Shown here in pieces: positions 37,590 through 48,666 of a stretch of DNA of 64,000 bases (position 1 is the first letter of the stretch; every line of letters begins with the position of its first letter). The stretch comes from Eledone cirrhosa (Eukaryota): assembly GCA_964016885.1 (NCBI GenBank), contig OZ024747.1:32984001-33048000 (forward strand), read 5' to 3'. The notes under the pieces are model-generated. The model was not told the DNA's origin and did no database searches. It saw only the letters and a program-made list of their open reading frames with translations. The position numbers were made by a program, and so were the translations under genes.

Positions 37590-38179
37590 CGGTAGTAGTA
37601 GTAGTAGTAGTTGTAGTAGTAGTAGTAGTAGTAATAGTAGTAGTAGTAGTAGTATTATTGGTAGTAGTAGTGGTGGTGGTGATGGTGGGCTCCAGGTAAA
37701 ACCATTATTTCTCCGAATTGAGAGATCACAGCTCTGATATTATGAGCATGTGGTTTGAATATCTCAGGAAAGAATCACTGGACAGATTTTATGGGCAAAA
37801 TCCAACTGGCAGGAGACCCAGGGTAGACTCTGAGCAGGATGGTTGGGTAAGATCCATGTGATTAACTGGTGTTTTGTTTGTAGATCCAGCCAGATCAATT
37901 GGAGACAGATGCTTCTCACAGGAGCTGCTGGAAAGTGTGTTTGAGGACACTGCTCTCATAACCCTCTCACAGATAATTGAGTGAAGTTGAGGAGGAAGAC
38001 TCTCCAGCATGCAGAACCCCAGGTGTATGACAGCTTATGGTCCTAGCAGATAGAATAGAAAAAAACATTAATCCAGAGTGTAGTGAAGGAAATGCAACAA
38101 AAGAGCCATTTCAATTCACAAGCCTCACTGTTGTGGTTGGTCAACTCTGTCCTGATAACAGTTAGATTATCAAATTAAG

Positions 38180-38460
38180 CACAGCTTGGATACTGCTGGC
38201 TTCCCATTTCCAATTTAGCTAGTGAGGTTAGTTAGACCAAGGAGACAATAAAAGGCCAGATAGCATCACATGTTCCATCACTATAGTAATAGAGGAGCCA
38301 CCTCATACAGTGACACTTTTTCCAATGGCAACTGGTAAATCAGCAACAGATCTTGGTTATATTAACCAACAAGTTGAACACTGCAAGCTGTTGAAGTATC
38401 AGCCTCTGTCCAATAGGTTTACAATTGAACCTATACCGGTGGTACATTTAACTGTTTTAT
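38180..38460 (+). mobile_element. CRE-type RLE fragment
   Basis: Degenerate LDTAGFP…LDxGDNKRPDSIT…SDTFS. Confidence 0.45.
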
Positions 38461-39286
38461 GCACAGTGGTGCATGGCTGAGTGGTTAGAGAATTGGATTC
38501 ACAATCGTGAGGTTGTGAGTTCAATTCCCGGACTTGGCGATGTGTTATGTTCTTGAGCAAGACACTTTATTTCATATTGCTCCTTCTGCCTGGATTTGTG
38601 ACTGGTAGATAGTATTAGCAAGTGGAAAGACTAATGGAAACATTGTTTCCTCAGTCTCATTTGATGAGCTCCACTCATTAAGTGAATGAGGTTTTGGATC
38701 TAGTTAGTTGATTGTTATATATGCACAATTCTGTTTTACTAGATTTCACTAAGAATGCTTTTGTTAACATGAAGATAAGGTAGAAGTCATTAAACTAAAG
38801 TGTTGCACAGTAGAATTAATCCACCTTAGCTCCCAAACAGACAATTTCACCATACAACCACGCTTGAGATTTGCAGAAGGTAAGTGATTACAAATCTTAA
38901 AATTATTATTATTATTTTTTTTTTTTTTTGCTTATTTATGCCATTGTTATCGGCAGGAGGACATCACCAAAATAATTATCTCTTCAAAATTTGGATTAAC
39001 TTCTGTTTGGAGATATGATCTGAATGCTTAGAAGAAAATCTACGTAACCATATAAATTTACATGAATTGCCTAAGTATCACTTTTGGAATAAAGTTCAAT
39101 ATTACTGTGGTTTCTTATTTTAATCAAATGTGTTAACAGAAAAACAAAAAGCCAGTAGCTAATTATAGCTTACATTGTATGTGTGTGTATGTATATATAC
39201 ATATATATATATATCTAGAGCGGGTAAAATTCCCTAGATCCATGGACGAGTTCTCTCCAGCGGTCTCTGTCCCTCAACAAACTTTG

Positions 39287-39347
39287 TATTTTATCTGATG
39301 AGAGCGTACCAAAGTTTTGGTACCCTTGAAATATATATTATAGAATA
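39287..39347 (+). ncRNA. HHR of the 4-copy PLE 3'-end family
   Basis: tattttat CTGATGA gagcgtaccaaa gt tttggtaccctt GAAA tatata TT atagaata. Confidence 0.75.
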
Positions 39348-39387
39348 AATATGGTTTTATAAATATAGTTACCATTTATTAATATCA

Positions 39388-39427
<40 letters not shown>

Positions 39428-39533
39428 AAACACACATATACACACCTACATATATATATACATTCATATATGTATGTATATGTTTAATCATATACCTTAA
39501 TATGTATGTATACATTTAATCAATATAAAATAG

Positions 39534-39581
<48 letters not shown>

Positions 39582-39632
39582 TAGAGAGAGAGGCTGAGAG
39601 AGAGAGAGAGAGGCTGAGAGAGAGAGAGAGAG

Positions 39633-39716
<84 letters not shown>

Positions 39717-39721
39717 CTATA

Positions 39722-40705
39722 TCTAGGGCAGGTAAAATTCCCGAGATCGATGGACGAGTTCTCTACAGCGGTCTCTGTCCCTCATCATTGCTGCCATGTC
39801 CAGCATCTCCAACAGACTAGTGTCTGTCCTTAGGGCATCAACATGCATTAACCTTGGTCTTCCTCTTCCAGTGTGTCCATGCAGGGGCTCTCACAGGAGC
39901 ATTGAGTGCAGTGTCAACTCTGGATGTCAGTGAGCATGTCCAGCTAATCTCAGTCTCCTCTGTGTCACTTTTGAGCTGACTTTTGATAGGCTCCCATACA
40001 GCTCTGAGTTTTTCATCCTCAGTGTATACTGATTAATGTTCAGAGCCATCCTCAGCATTCTCGTGTGTAGCACCCATCCACCATCTGAGTGAGTTTCTTG
40101 ATCAGTGTCCAAGTCTCAGACCCGTACAGTAGTACAGACTCCACTACAGCAATGAAGATACGGATCTTCAGGTCTTTACGAAGGTCTGACTTCCACACCG
40201 ATCTCAAGCTGTGGCACGCTGCCCAGGCTTTGCTCTTCCTCTCAACCACATCATCTTCCGTATTCCCAATCTTTGCTCCCAAATACAGGAAGTCCTCAAC
40301 CAATTCTAGCGGCTTCCCGCCTACATTAGTAATCTTCTCTGGCTTCTTAATCTTCTCTACCATACACTTCGTCTTAATCTCATTCATTCTCAGCCCCACA
40401 CTCATCGACATAGTCCCCACTTCCTGCATCAACTCCTCTGCCTCCTTCACTGTGTTTGTCACCAAAACTATGTCGTCAGCAAATTCAGCATCCGATATAT
40501 TTCTCGACTTAACTCTCCTGCTCTGAGCTGGTGCTACAGTGAAGCCAGTGTCCTGGTGTTTCTCCAGTGCAATAGTCCACTACGCTGATAAAAAGGTAGG
40601 GAGCCAATGTATCTCCCTGGAGCACTCCAGCCAGTGTCTCAAAGAACTCCGTCATCCCATCAGGTGTAATGACTTGAGCTTTAGTGTTGGTGTAGAGCAG
40701 TGATC
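39722..40705 (-). mobile_element. RTE-clade LINE family C (no PHD), 5'-truncated; extra 3' end at 39215-39276
   Basis: GVLQGDTLAPYLF, FADDIVL, VESVLLYGSETWTL and RRLRLAGH; flanked by (GA)n and (TA)n. Confidence 0.9.
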
Positions 40706-40914
40706 TATATATATATATATATACACATTTATACATATACATGTGTATAGTAATCTATGAGTTTATAGTGTAATAGTTCACTATTTTCATTGGTAAGATG
40801 AGTTAAGCTCAATGCACATTTTTACCCTTTGTTCTTCAGGAGTGAACAGTTATAGTAGCAGAGCATTTAAAATTCAAAATTCAATAAGACCAAGGATTAG
40901 TATTATTATTATCT

Positions 40915-41096
40915 GTGGATTGGCAGTATCGGTAGAGGGTCGGACGCCATGCTTTGCAGCAAAGTGTTACGTCCCTTTATGGTCTGAGTTCAAATCCCGC
41001 CGAGGTTAACTTTGCCTTTCATCCTACGGGGTCAATAAAATAAAGTACCAGTAATAAACTGGGATTATTGTTGGCCTTGTGCCAAAAGTAGAAACA
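40915..41096 (+). mobile_element. Meta-type SINE with 13-bp TSD
   Basis: TSD attattattatct at 40902-40914 and 41097-41109. Confidence 0.9.
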
Positions 41097-41169
41097 ATTA
41101 TTATTATCTATTTATACATTTACTGTTGTGACAGTGTGGCTAGAATATTTCATCAATTGTGGAGAAAAA

Positions 41170-43740
41170 TGATAATTATGATGAAATTAATGATGAAATT
41201 ATTGTGTACAGTGCTCAGGTGCACTACAACTCCTCAAAGGTGCATATATAATACATAGAATAATGTACAAATGTCAGGAAAGTGAACAGTGTATGAGTCA
41301 TGATATACACACTGATATATGCCTGCATGTGTATGAAGGTGGGGGGGATATCGATGGAGAGGGGGATATCAGTTGCCAGATATCGGAGCTACAATATAAC
41401 CATGCCCAGGGAAGCAAGGTGTTCAGAGTATGGTAGATGCCTGATGGAGGGTATTCGCTTGGTTGCATGGCTCTGAACAGTTTCCAGGAGGTCAATATTC
41501 AGAGCAAGATAGGGGTTCCAGACTGGTGATGCAAATTCTAAGTGTGGCTGCATCATAGCTATATTATAGCTTTAAATAGATAGCTGGAGAGCGGCTTACA
41601 AAGGTCTTGCTGAATGATGTCAAGACTCCTTCAGCCTTCTTGACAATTTTAGAGGTGTGCTTTGTCCAATGCAAATTGCTGCTGATAGTAATGCCCAGGT
41701 CACATTCAGAAGAAGACTTCTTGATATTAGTGTTGTGGAGTGAGTATGTGGACGCTGGGTTTTTCCTCCCATAATGCATGGTGGTACACTTGTCCACAGC
41801 CAGATTGAGTTGCCAATCTGTGATCCATTGCTGTATTGTGTCCAGGTGTGATTGCAGGAAAGATCTATAGTGTTCAGGATCTGTCCTTTTTATCTCAGCT
41901 TGATACAGCTTGATGTCATCTGCATATTTCAACATTGTAGCATTCTTTAAGTTGGCATCTATGTCATTAATATATGCAACAAACAAAACGGGACCAAGAA
42001 CAGATCCCCGTCCACCAGATGACATCTCATACGCTGAAGAATGCTATCTTAGAACCGTGACTACCTCTCTTCGACTGAGAATGAAGGACTTCAACCAGTT
42101 AAAAAGAACATTTCTCACATGCATTGCAGAGCGTTTTGCCATAAGTCTTTTGTGTGGCACAGAATTAAAAGCTTTAGCAAAGTCAAGGTAAACAACATCC
42201 ACCCATGAGCCGCCATCAGTGATCCGGGTGATGTCTTCACGAAACTCGGTAAGTTGATCACAGCAGCTGGAGTTAGGGATAAATCCAAATTCCGAGGGCC
42301 AGATAAGACTGTGAGAGTTCCAGAAGTTCCAGAGTGTTTCTCTGACACAGGATTCCATCAGTTTGGCAATGCATCTAGTAAGACTGACTGGTGACATGTG
42401 GACAGAGGAATGACACTGGCAATTTTCCACTGTTCCGGAGTAGCACCATTGTTAAGACAGAATTGAAAGAAGAGTGAAAATTAGTCCAGAAGAAAGTACC
42501 CACCACGTTTGAGAAGCAGGTAGGTAACACCGTCAAGACCAGGAGAGGCATAGTTGTGCTTATTCTTAAGGTGACGTCACAGCATTGCATGAGTAAATTC
42601 TATAGTTGTTATAGAATTTGATGTCAGAGGTGATGGAGATGGTACGTTTTGGTTTTCAACAGTAAAAATGCCTAACATTCAGTAGTGAGTTCTGCGCATT
42701 CTTTGGGATCGCCAGTAATCTGGCTTGTGTGGGAATTGCAGAGAGGACCAACAGAAGAGTGAAGTCTCTGCTTTGAATGTACATATTTCTATTGATATCT
42801 GATTTATGTAGTTTGTATTCCCATTCAGCATTACAACGTTCTTTCCTGGCAAGTCGGACTACTGCATTCTCCTAAATTGCACTTTTGGGATGTTTTTATG
42901 CGTATGTTGTACTGATGCTGCACATGCTGTCCATATTAAGTTCAGGATGTTATGAAGTATAGTGTTCACATCTCCATATTCATAACATTCAAGCCAGTTT
43001 GGGCGTTGTATTTCAGTGCAGTAAGAATTCCAGGCTCCTTTATTCCAGCCAAAGCGAACAGTTTGGAGATAGTTGTGGTTTTTGTTACTACTCATAAGAG
43101 ACAGATTGGCAATGATCAGAGTCACTTAAAGGTTCTTCAGTAGTAACACTAATAACCGTTTCAGGAGTAGTGATAAAGAGTAGATCCAAAGTATTGTCTC
43201 CTCTCGTTAGGGAAGTGACTACTTGGGACCAGTTCGCGTCCAGCATTAGCTCAAGGAAATCATTTGAACTTTGCAGCAGCCAACAAAAGGTTTCTCAATC
43301 AATCTCAGGGGGATTAAAGTCGCCTGCAATAAAAACATAAGTGGCTGTTTTCCTGACAGCAGCTCTGAGGATATCACAAAGTTGTGTGTCCTGATGGTAA
43401 TCTGGTGGGTGGTAAACAACTCCAAGTAGAAGTATTGACATGGTCATATGTATATCGCAGAACAATACTTCTTGTTGTGATTGATTCAAATCAACGCAAG
43501 GAATTGCTAAATAGTTTGAATGAACGTTGACCATCACACCACCACCACCACGATAATTAATGCGGTCTTTGTGAAACAAGTTGTAGTCAACTATGCTAAA
43601 AACCCCATCACAGAGTAAAGAATGTGCCCATGTTTCCGTGACTGTAGTGAAATCGGGGTCAATACTTTTGGCATAAGAATCAAAAAGATGTATCATATTG
43701 CATAAACTAGAAGCATTTAAGGACAACAATTTGTACCTTT
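41170..43740 (-). mobile_element. Decayed CR1-clade LINE ORF2 (APE + RT)
   Basis: SLNAxSL, VTETW, GVVYHPP and GDFN (APE); VDVVYLDFAKAFNSVPH, GSVLGPVLF and YADDIKL (RT). Confidence 0.88.
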
Positions 43741-43924
43741 ATTTCAGTTTATGATGATGTGTATGGTATGGCATTTAAGATACTCCATTGTAGGTATTCA
43801 ACTCAAAACCTTATCTCTTCAGGAAATATAATAAAATATAATAAATTGATTAAAATCATAAGACAAATGATTCAAATGGCAATCATATATGCAAAACCAT
43901 AAGTACTTTGAATTCTGTATTATT

Positions 43925-44380
43925 CTTGACCAGACCATCAATCAAGAATTCTACTGCAAAATTTTAAAGCGTTTGAGGGAGGATGTTCAGCAAAAGCGAA
44001 CAGATCTGTGGAGTGTGAAGAATTGGATTCTTGACAACGACAACGCAGCTCGCCTCATTCATGAGTTTCTTGCCCAAAACAACATTGTATCACTTCCACA
44101 CCCAGCCTATTTGCCAGATTTAGCAACTGCGGGTTGCCATCTCTTCTCCAAGATTGCTGATTTAACATTGTTGATGAAATCCAGAGTGAATCACAGAAGG
44201 TCTTCGACTCGCTTTCGGAAATTGGCTTCCAGGCTGGATAACAAAAGTGCCAGTAAAACCGGGACTGGTGTACTGCTCCACAAGGTGACTATTTCGATGG
44301 AGATGGTGTTAAAACTTAGGTAAATGTATATATATTTTTTAAACATAATTAACCCAGGAACCTTTTGATATCACCTCATA
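43925..44380 (+). mobile_element. Mariner transposase 3' fragment with right TIR
   Basis: TINQEFYCKILKRL…WILDNDNA…LPHPAYLPDLA (HDNA and YSPDLAP-like motifs); end ccaggaaccttttgatatcacctcata. Confidence 0.85.
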
Positions 44381-45544
44381 TGTATACATGTATATTCATA
44401 TATCATCGTCACAATCATCATCATTGTTTAACGTCTATGATGTCGTTGTTGATGATGCTGATGATATATGTTATAACTCTAGGGTTATATATCCTATTCG
44501 AGTGCTTAGCTGTACACCGAATCTGCATTCGTTAGCTTGGCTGCAACCATGGCTTCGTTGATGCTGTACTAAATTTTATATATATATATATATATATATA
44601 GTGTTCTATGAATCTTTTAAATTATATATTATCATCATCATCATTTAACGCGCGTTTTTTTTTCCATTCTTGCATGGGTTAGAATCTAACAAAGGTTCTC
44701 AACGGGGCGCATATGCACCCCCGGGGGTCGTTTCGAGGCTCCAGGGGGCGTTTTAGAGCAAGAGGCATTAGGTGAGTGTTTGAAGCTCTTGGGGCGCTGG
44801 AAGGCTCTTTACTTTGGTAAATTTTATAAGCCATATTTGTATGTCTCTGAGACAGCCAGTTTGAATGCATTTGAATGAAGAAAACGAAGAAAATAAATAA
44901 AAGAAGCTTGTCAATGAATTCCCAAGGGAGATAAAAGAAAAATGAAAAAATCAAAGAAAATGAAAGTAAGGGCAACGTCAACTATGAGAACACTTACAAG
45001 AACAACTTCAACAGAAATGACAAGAAAAAGAAGCAATGGCGATGAAAGGTGTGGGTATATACTTATACATACATACGAACATACACACGCATGCATATGT
45101 ACATACATACATGATGGCTGCCACCTCGTTATCGAGTAGGGCCATTGCACGATATACCATTATTAATAATTATTAATTAATTCTATCGTGTAATGCCTGT
45201 GCATGAAGATATTTTCTAAAGTGAGGAAAGACTGTGCACTGAGCCAATCCCACTCTCTGAGCGACAGTAGCTATAACCCAAAAGAAGAAAAGATCAACAT
45301 CATTGGTAACTACTAAGCCGCAGGTTTTATGTCGGAGTTATCCCACTTTCCTGAGTTGCCTGCACATATATCCCCGAATTTGTGGTGCCAACCTCAACCG
45401 ATGTTGCTCTATGAATAACTGGGACAAAATATTCCGAATGGATTAGATTGATTCAGTATCAGAGCTATATAATACATTATAAAGAAAGAAGAAACATTAG
45501 ATATAATTAATAAGATATACCATACCCAAATTCCTTCTCCATTA

Positions 45545-45640
45545 ATCCTCGACTACGTAGTTTCGTGGCATATTATGCAAAAACACTACATCACAGAGAT
45601 ATAGTAATTTTTGTGACGTTTGCCGACTTATCAAGAGGAT
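45545..45640 (-). ncRNA. HHR with U3-A8 variant core (inverted arm)
   Basis: atcctc TTGATAA gtcggca…tgccac GAAA ctacgtag TC gaggat. Confidence 0.72.
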
Positions 45641-46130
45641 ACCTCATTAAGAGTTACAAAACACGTCCGTAGGACGCGAGATAGAATCCCGAAAGGCGGA
45701 GGGGGAGTCAATCACGTGATATAGCGGTCAATCCATTCGGATTATTTTGTCCCAGTTATTCATAGAGCAACATCGGTGAGGTTGGCACCACAAATTCAGG
45801 GATATATGTGGATATATTCACACGTATATATGTATGTGTCCGCATGTATCTGTGTATTTCTTTATATTGTTTATAACTCTCTATGGTAGAGTAACCACTG
45901 AAGTGTTGTGACTGCTGGATAGCTTTCATTACTTATACTTCTCGCCATCCTAGCCATCTCTTCTACGGCTTTGATATAAATAACCCCGCCGCCTTTTGTG
46001 GTATTTTTTTCTTGGTTGTAAGAGGCTTAGCTCTGTTTCTTGACCGCTATATCACGTGATTGACTCCCCCTCCGCCTTTCGGGATTCTATCTCGCGTCCT
46101 ACGGATGTGTTTTGAAACTCTTAATGAGGT

Positions 46131-46226
46131 ATCCTCTTGATAAGTCAGCAAACCTCACAAAAATTACTATATCTCTGTGAAGTAGTGTTTTTGCATAATA
46201 TGCCACGAAACTACGTAGTCGAGGAT
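46131..46226 (+). ncRNA. HHR with U3-A8 variant core
   Basis: atcctc TTGATAA gtcagca…tgccac GAAA ctacgtag TC gaggat; stem III is the palindrome actacgtagt; GUC site. Confidence 0.72.
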
Positions 46227-46462
46227 TAGTGAAGAAGGAATTTGGGTATGGTATATCTTATTAATTATATCTAATGTTTCTTCTTTCTTTATAATCTATT
46301 ATATAGCTCTGATACTGAATCAATCTAATCCATTCGGAATATTTTGTCCCAGTTATTCATAGAGCAACATCGGTGAGGTTGGCACCACTAATTCAGGGAT
46401 ATATGTGGATATATTCATGTATATGTATGTGTCCACATGTATCTGTGTATTTCTTTCTATTG

Positions 46463-46494
<32 letters not shown>

Positions 46495-46499
<5 letters not shown>

Positions 46500-46606
46500 A
46501 AAATGTTTGACCCCCGACGGCAGAGCTCAAGCCGTTTCGACGGCTATCTCAGAAATAGCCGTCGAAACGGCTTGAGCTCTGCCGTCGGGGTCAAAAGTTT
46601 TCCTAT
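46495..46606. repeat. GC-rich near-perfect ~52-bp hairpin between TA tracts
   Basis: …cgacggcagagctcaagccgtttcgacggctat ctcagaa atagccgtcgaaacggcttgagctctgccgtcg…. Confidence 0.9.
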
Positions 46607-46717
46607 TACCCACTCTACTACCCTAAGTATTGAGTACTCTGGTGCGTTATGGTCCACTGGTTCCTTACCACACCTCCTTCGTTATATATATATATATATA
46701 TACATACAGACACCACA

Positions 46718-46816
<99 letters not shown>

Positions 46817-46855
46817 GGTATTAATAAATGGAAACTATATTTATAAAACCATATT

Positions 46856-46920
46856 TATTTCATTATACATATTTCAGGGATACCAAATTAAATTATGGTA
46901 TGCCTTCATCAGACAAAATA
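46856..46920 (-). ncRNA. HHR of the 4-copy family, downstream of and co-oriented with the Naiad ORF
   Basis: tattttgt CTGATGA aggcatacca…tggtatccct GAAA tatgta TA atgaaata. Confidence 0.78.
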
Positions 46921-47522
46921 CAATGTATAACAGTTTTACAAATAAGCTTTGACGTACCCTATTAAAATGCAACCATTGTTTTTGGAAGCCATCCGGATAG
47001 TGATTTGTTTATATTACTTTAATAAGTCATAGTGTTAAGGACAATTAGAAAAAAGACGGAGAGAAAGAAAAAGACGGAGAGAAAGAAAAAAACGTGGAGA
47101 AATATCGGAGAGAGAGAGATGCATGGAGCAAAAAGAAAGAGATAAGTAAAGACAGGAGGAAAGGAAGAAAGAAGAAAAAAGGAAGAAATAAGAAAAACAG
47201 AGGAAAGCAACAGAGAGATATTAAGTCAACAGACAGATAGAAAAACTCAAGAGAGAGAAATATTATATATAGAGAGAGGGAGATTATGAAAACTTTACGT
47301 CATGTCATATTAAGTTGAGTTAACAATTCATATGAAATGAATAATAAAAATATAAATATTAATATTCATGAATGGGACATAAATATATAATATGAGAAAT
47401 TAAACATTGTTTAATAATGACTATATGTTTAGTTTAAACCTTGAGATCAATATACCAAAATTTGGGTTTAATCTCCAAAATATACACATTGCTAGAGAAG
47501 TCAGTATCTCAGGCAAAGACAC

Positions 47523-47584
<62 letters not shown>

Positions 47585-48666
47585 GCACGTCCTGAAAATA
47601 GAAATTATATTTACTCAAGTCAACAATATAGACATATAAAACGCAGACGATTTCTCTTAATCACTGCTATACATTCCTTGTGTTATAAAAAGTTTACAGT
47701 ATATATACATAAATATATACGATTAACATTCATGTCTTCATATATATGATTACCATTCATGCATTTAACATTTTGTTAAAATTATGCATATCTGTAATCC
47801 AAACTGCGTGGTTATGCAACATAACTCTTACCTACACATATACATACACACACACATATACATATACACCTATATATGTATAAATAAATATCTGCGTGCG
47901 TCTTCACGCATCACTCATGTATACATACAGACATATATACAATCATAAAAAACCTATAACACTTTTATATGCATGTTAAAACACACATAGACATTTGTAT
48001 AGAGATAATCAAATATCAATATATTACTAAGGATTATACTTTGGAAATATAATTATACCAATATAAATTTAAAATACCAAAGGATTATATTTTGGAAATA
48101 CAACTATATCAATATAGTCAAAAGGACAAACGAATTCTAGAAATGTCAAAGCATTAAATATCTTTAAAACACTATAGAGTATCTTAAGTTAAAATAATAT
48201 GTTTCATATATTTAGTATAGAAAATTATCCTACTTATATTTCAATCAAGATATTGAAAGGGTAGACTTATGAGAATTATGAGAAGCTATCATAATTAAAG
48301 CAAAACTAATAAAAATAAATAAAAATAAAAATAAAATAAAAGTTAAATAAATATTATATCAATATAATTTAAAAATTTCAAAATTTCAAAATTTCAAAAA
48401 ACTTTCAAAAAAATTAAAAAAATTTTTAAAATTCAAAAATTTAAAAGATTTAAAACAACCCAAGGCTTCTACAGATATCCTTATATTTAGTATAGAAATT
48501 TATCCTACGTATATTTTATTTAAGATATTGTAAGTATCGATATTTTAAGGTAGTTTATTATATCTATGTTTATATTTAGGAAGAAAGTTTAAAAAGAAAA
48601 AGGTGAAGGAATCTAATGATTTATCGACAGGTTTTATATATTAACTAAATTACTTAATTAATTATA

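Larger units (their letters stand above)
45363..46465 (+). mobile_element. ~597-nt non-coding HHR monomer with an upstream copy of its 3' end and a ~370-bp inverted arm
   Basis: 45363-45730 is the reverse complement of 46040-46408; 45731-45870 is a direct copy of 46328-46463; the element ends at (TA)n. Confidence 0.82.

Noticed and set aside
38743-38885. Candidate exon with strong AAG|GTAAGT donor (also 28847-28940)
   Set aside because: The 38743 candidate has stops in all frames. No gene context exists, and splice-like motifs are expected by chance.
44690-44770. hAT/Charlie-like terminus (also ~13820-13990)
   Set aside because: Only a short resemblance; no partner TIR or TSD was found.
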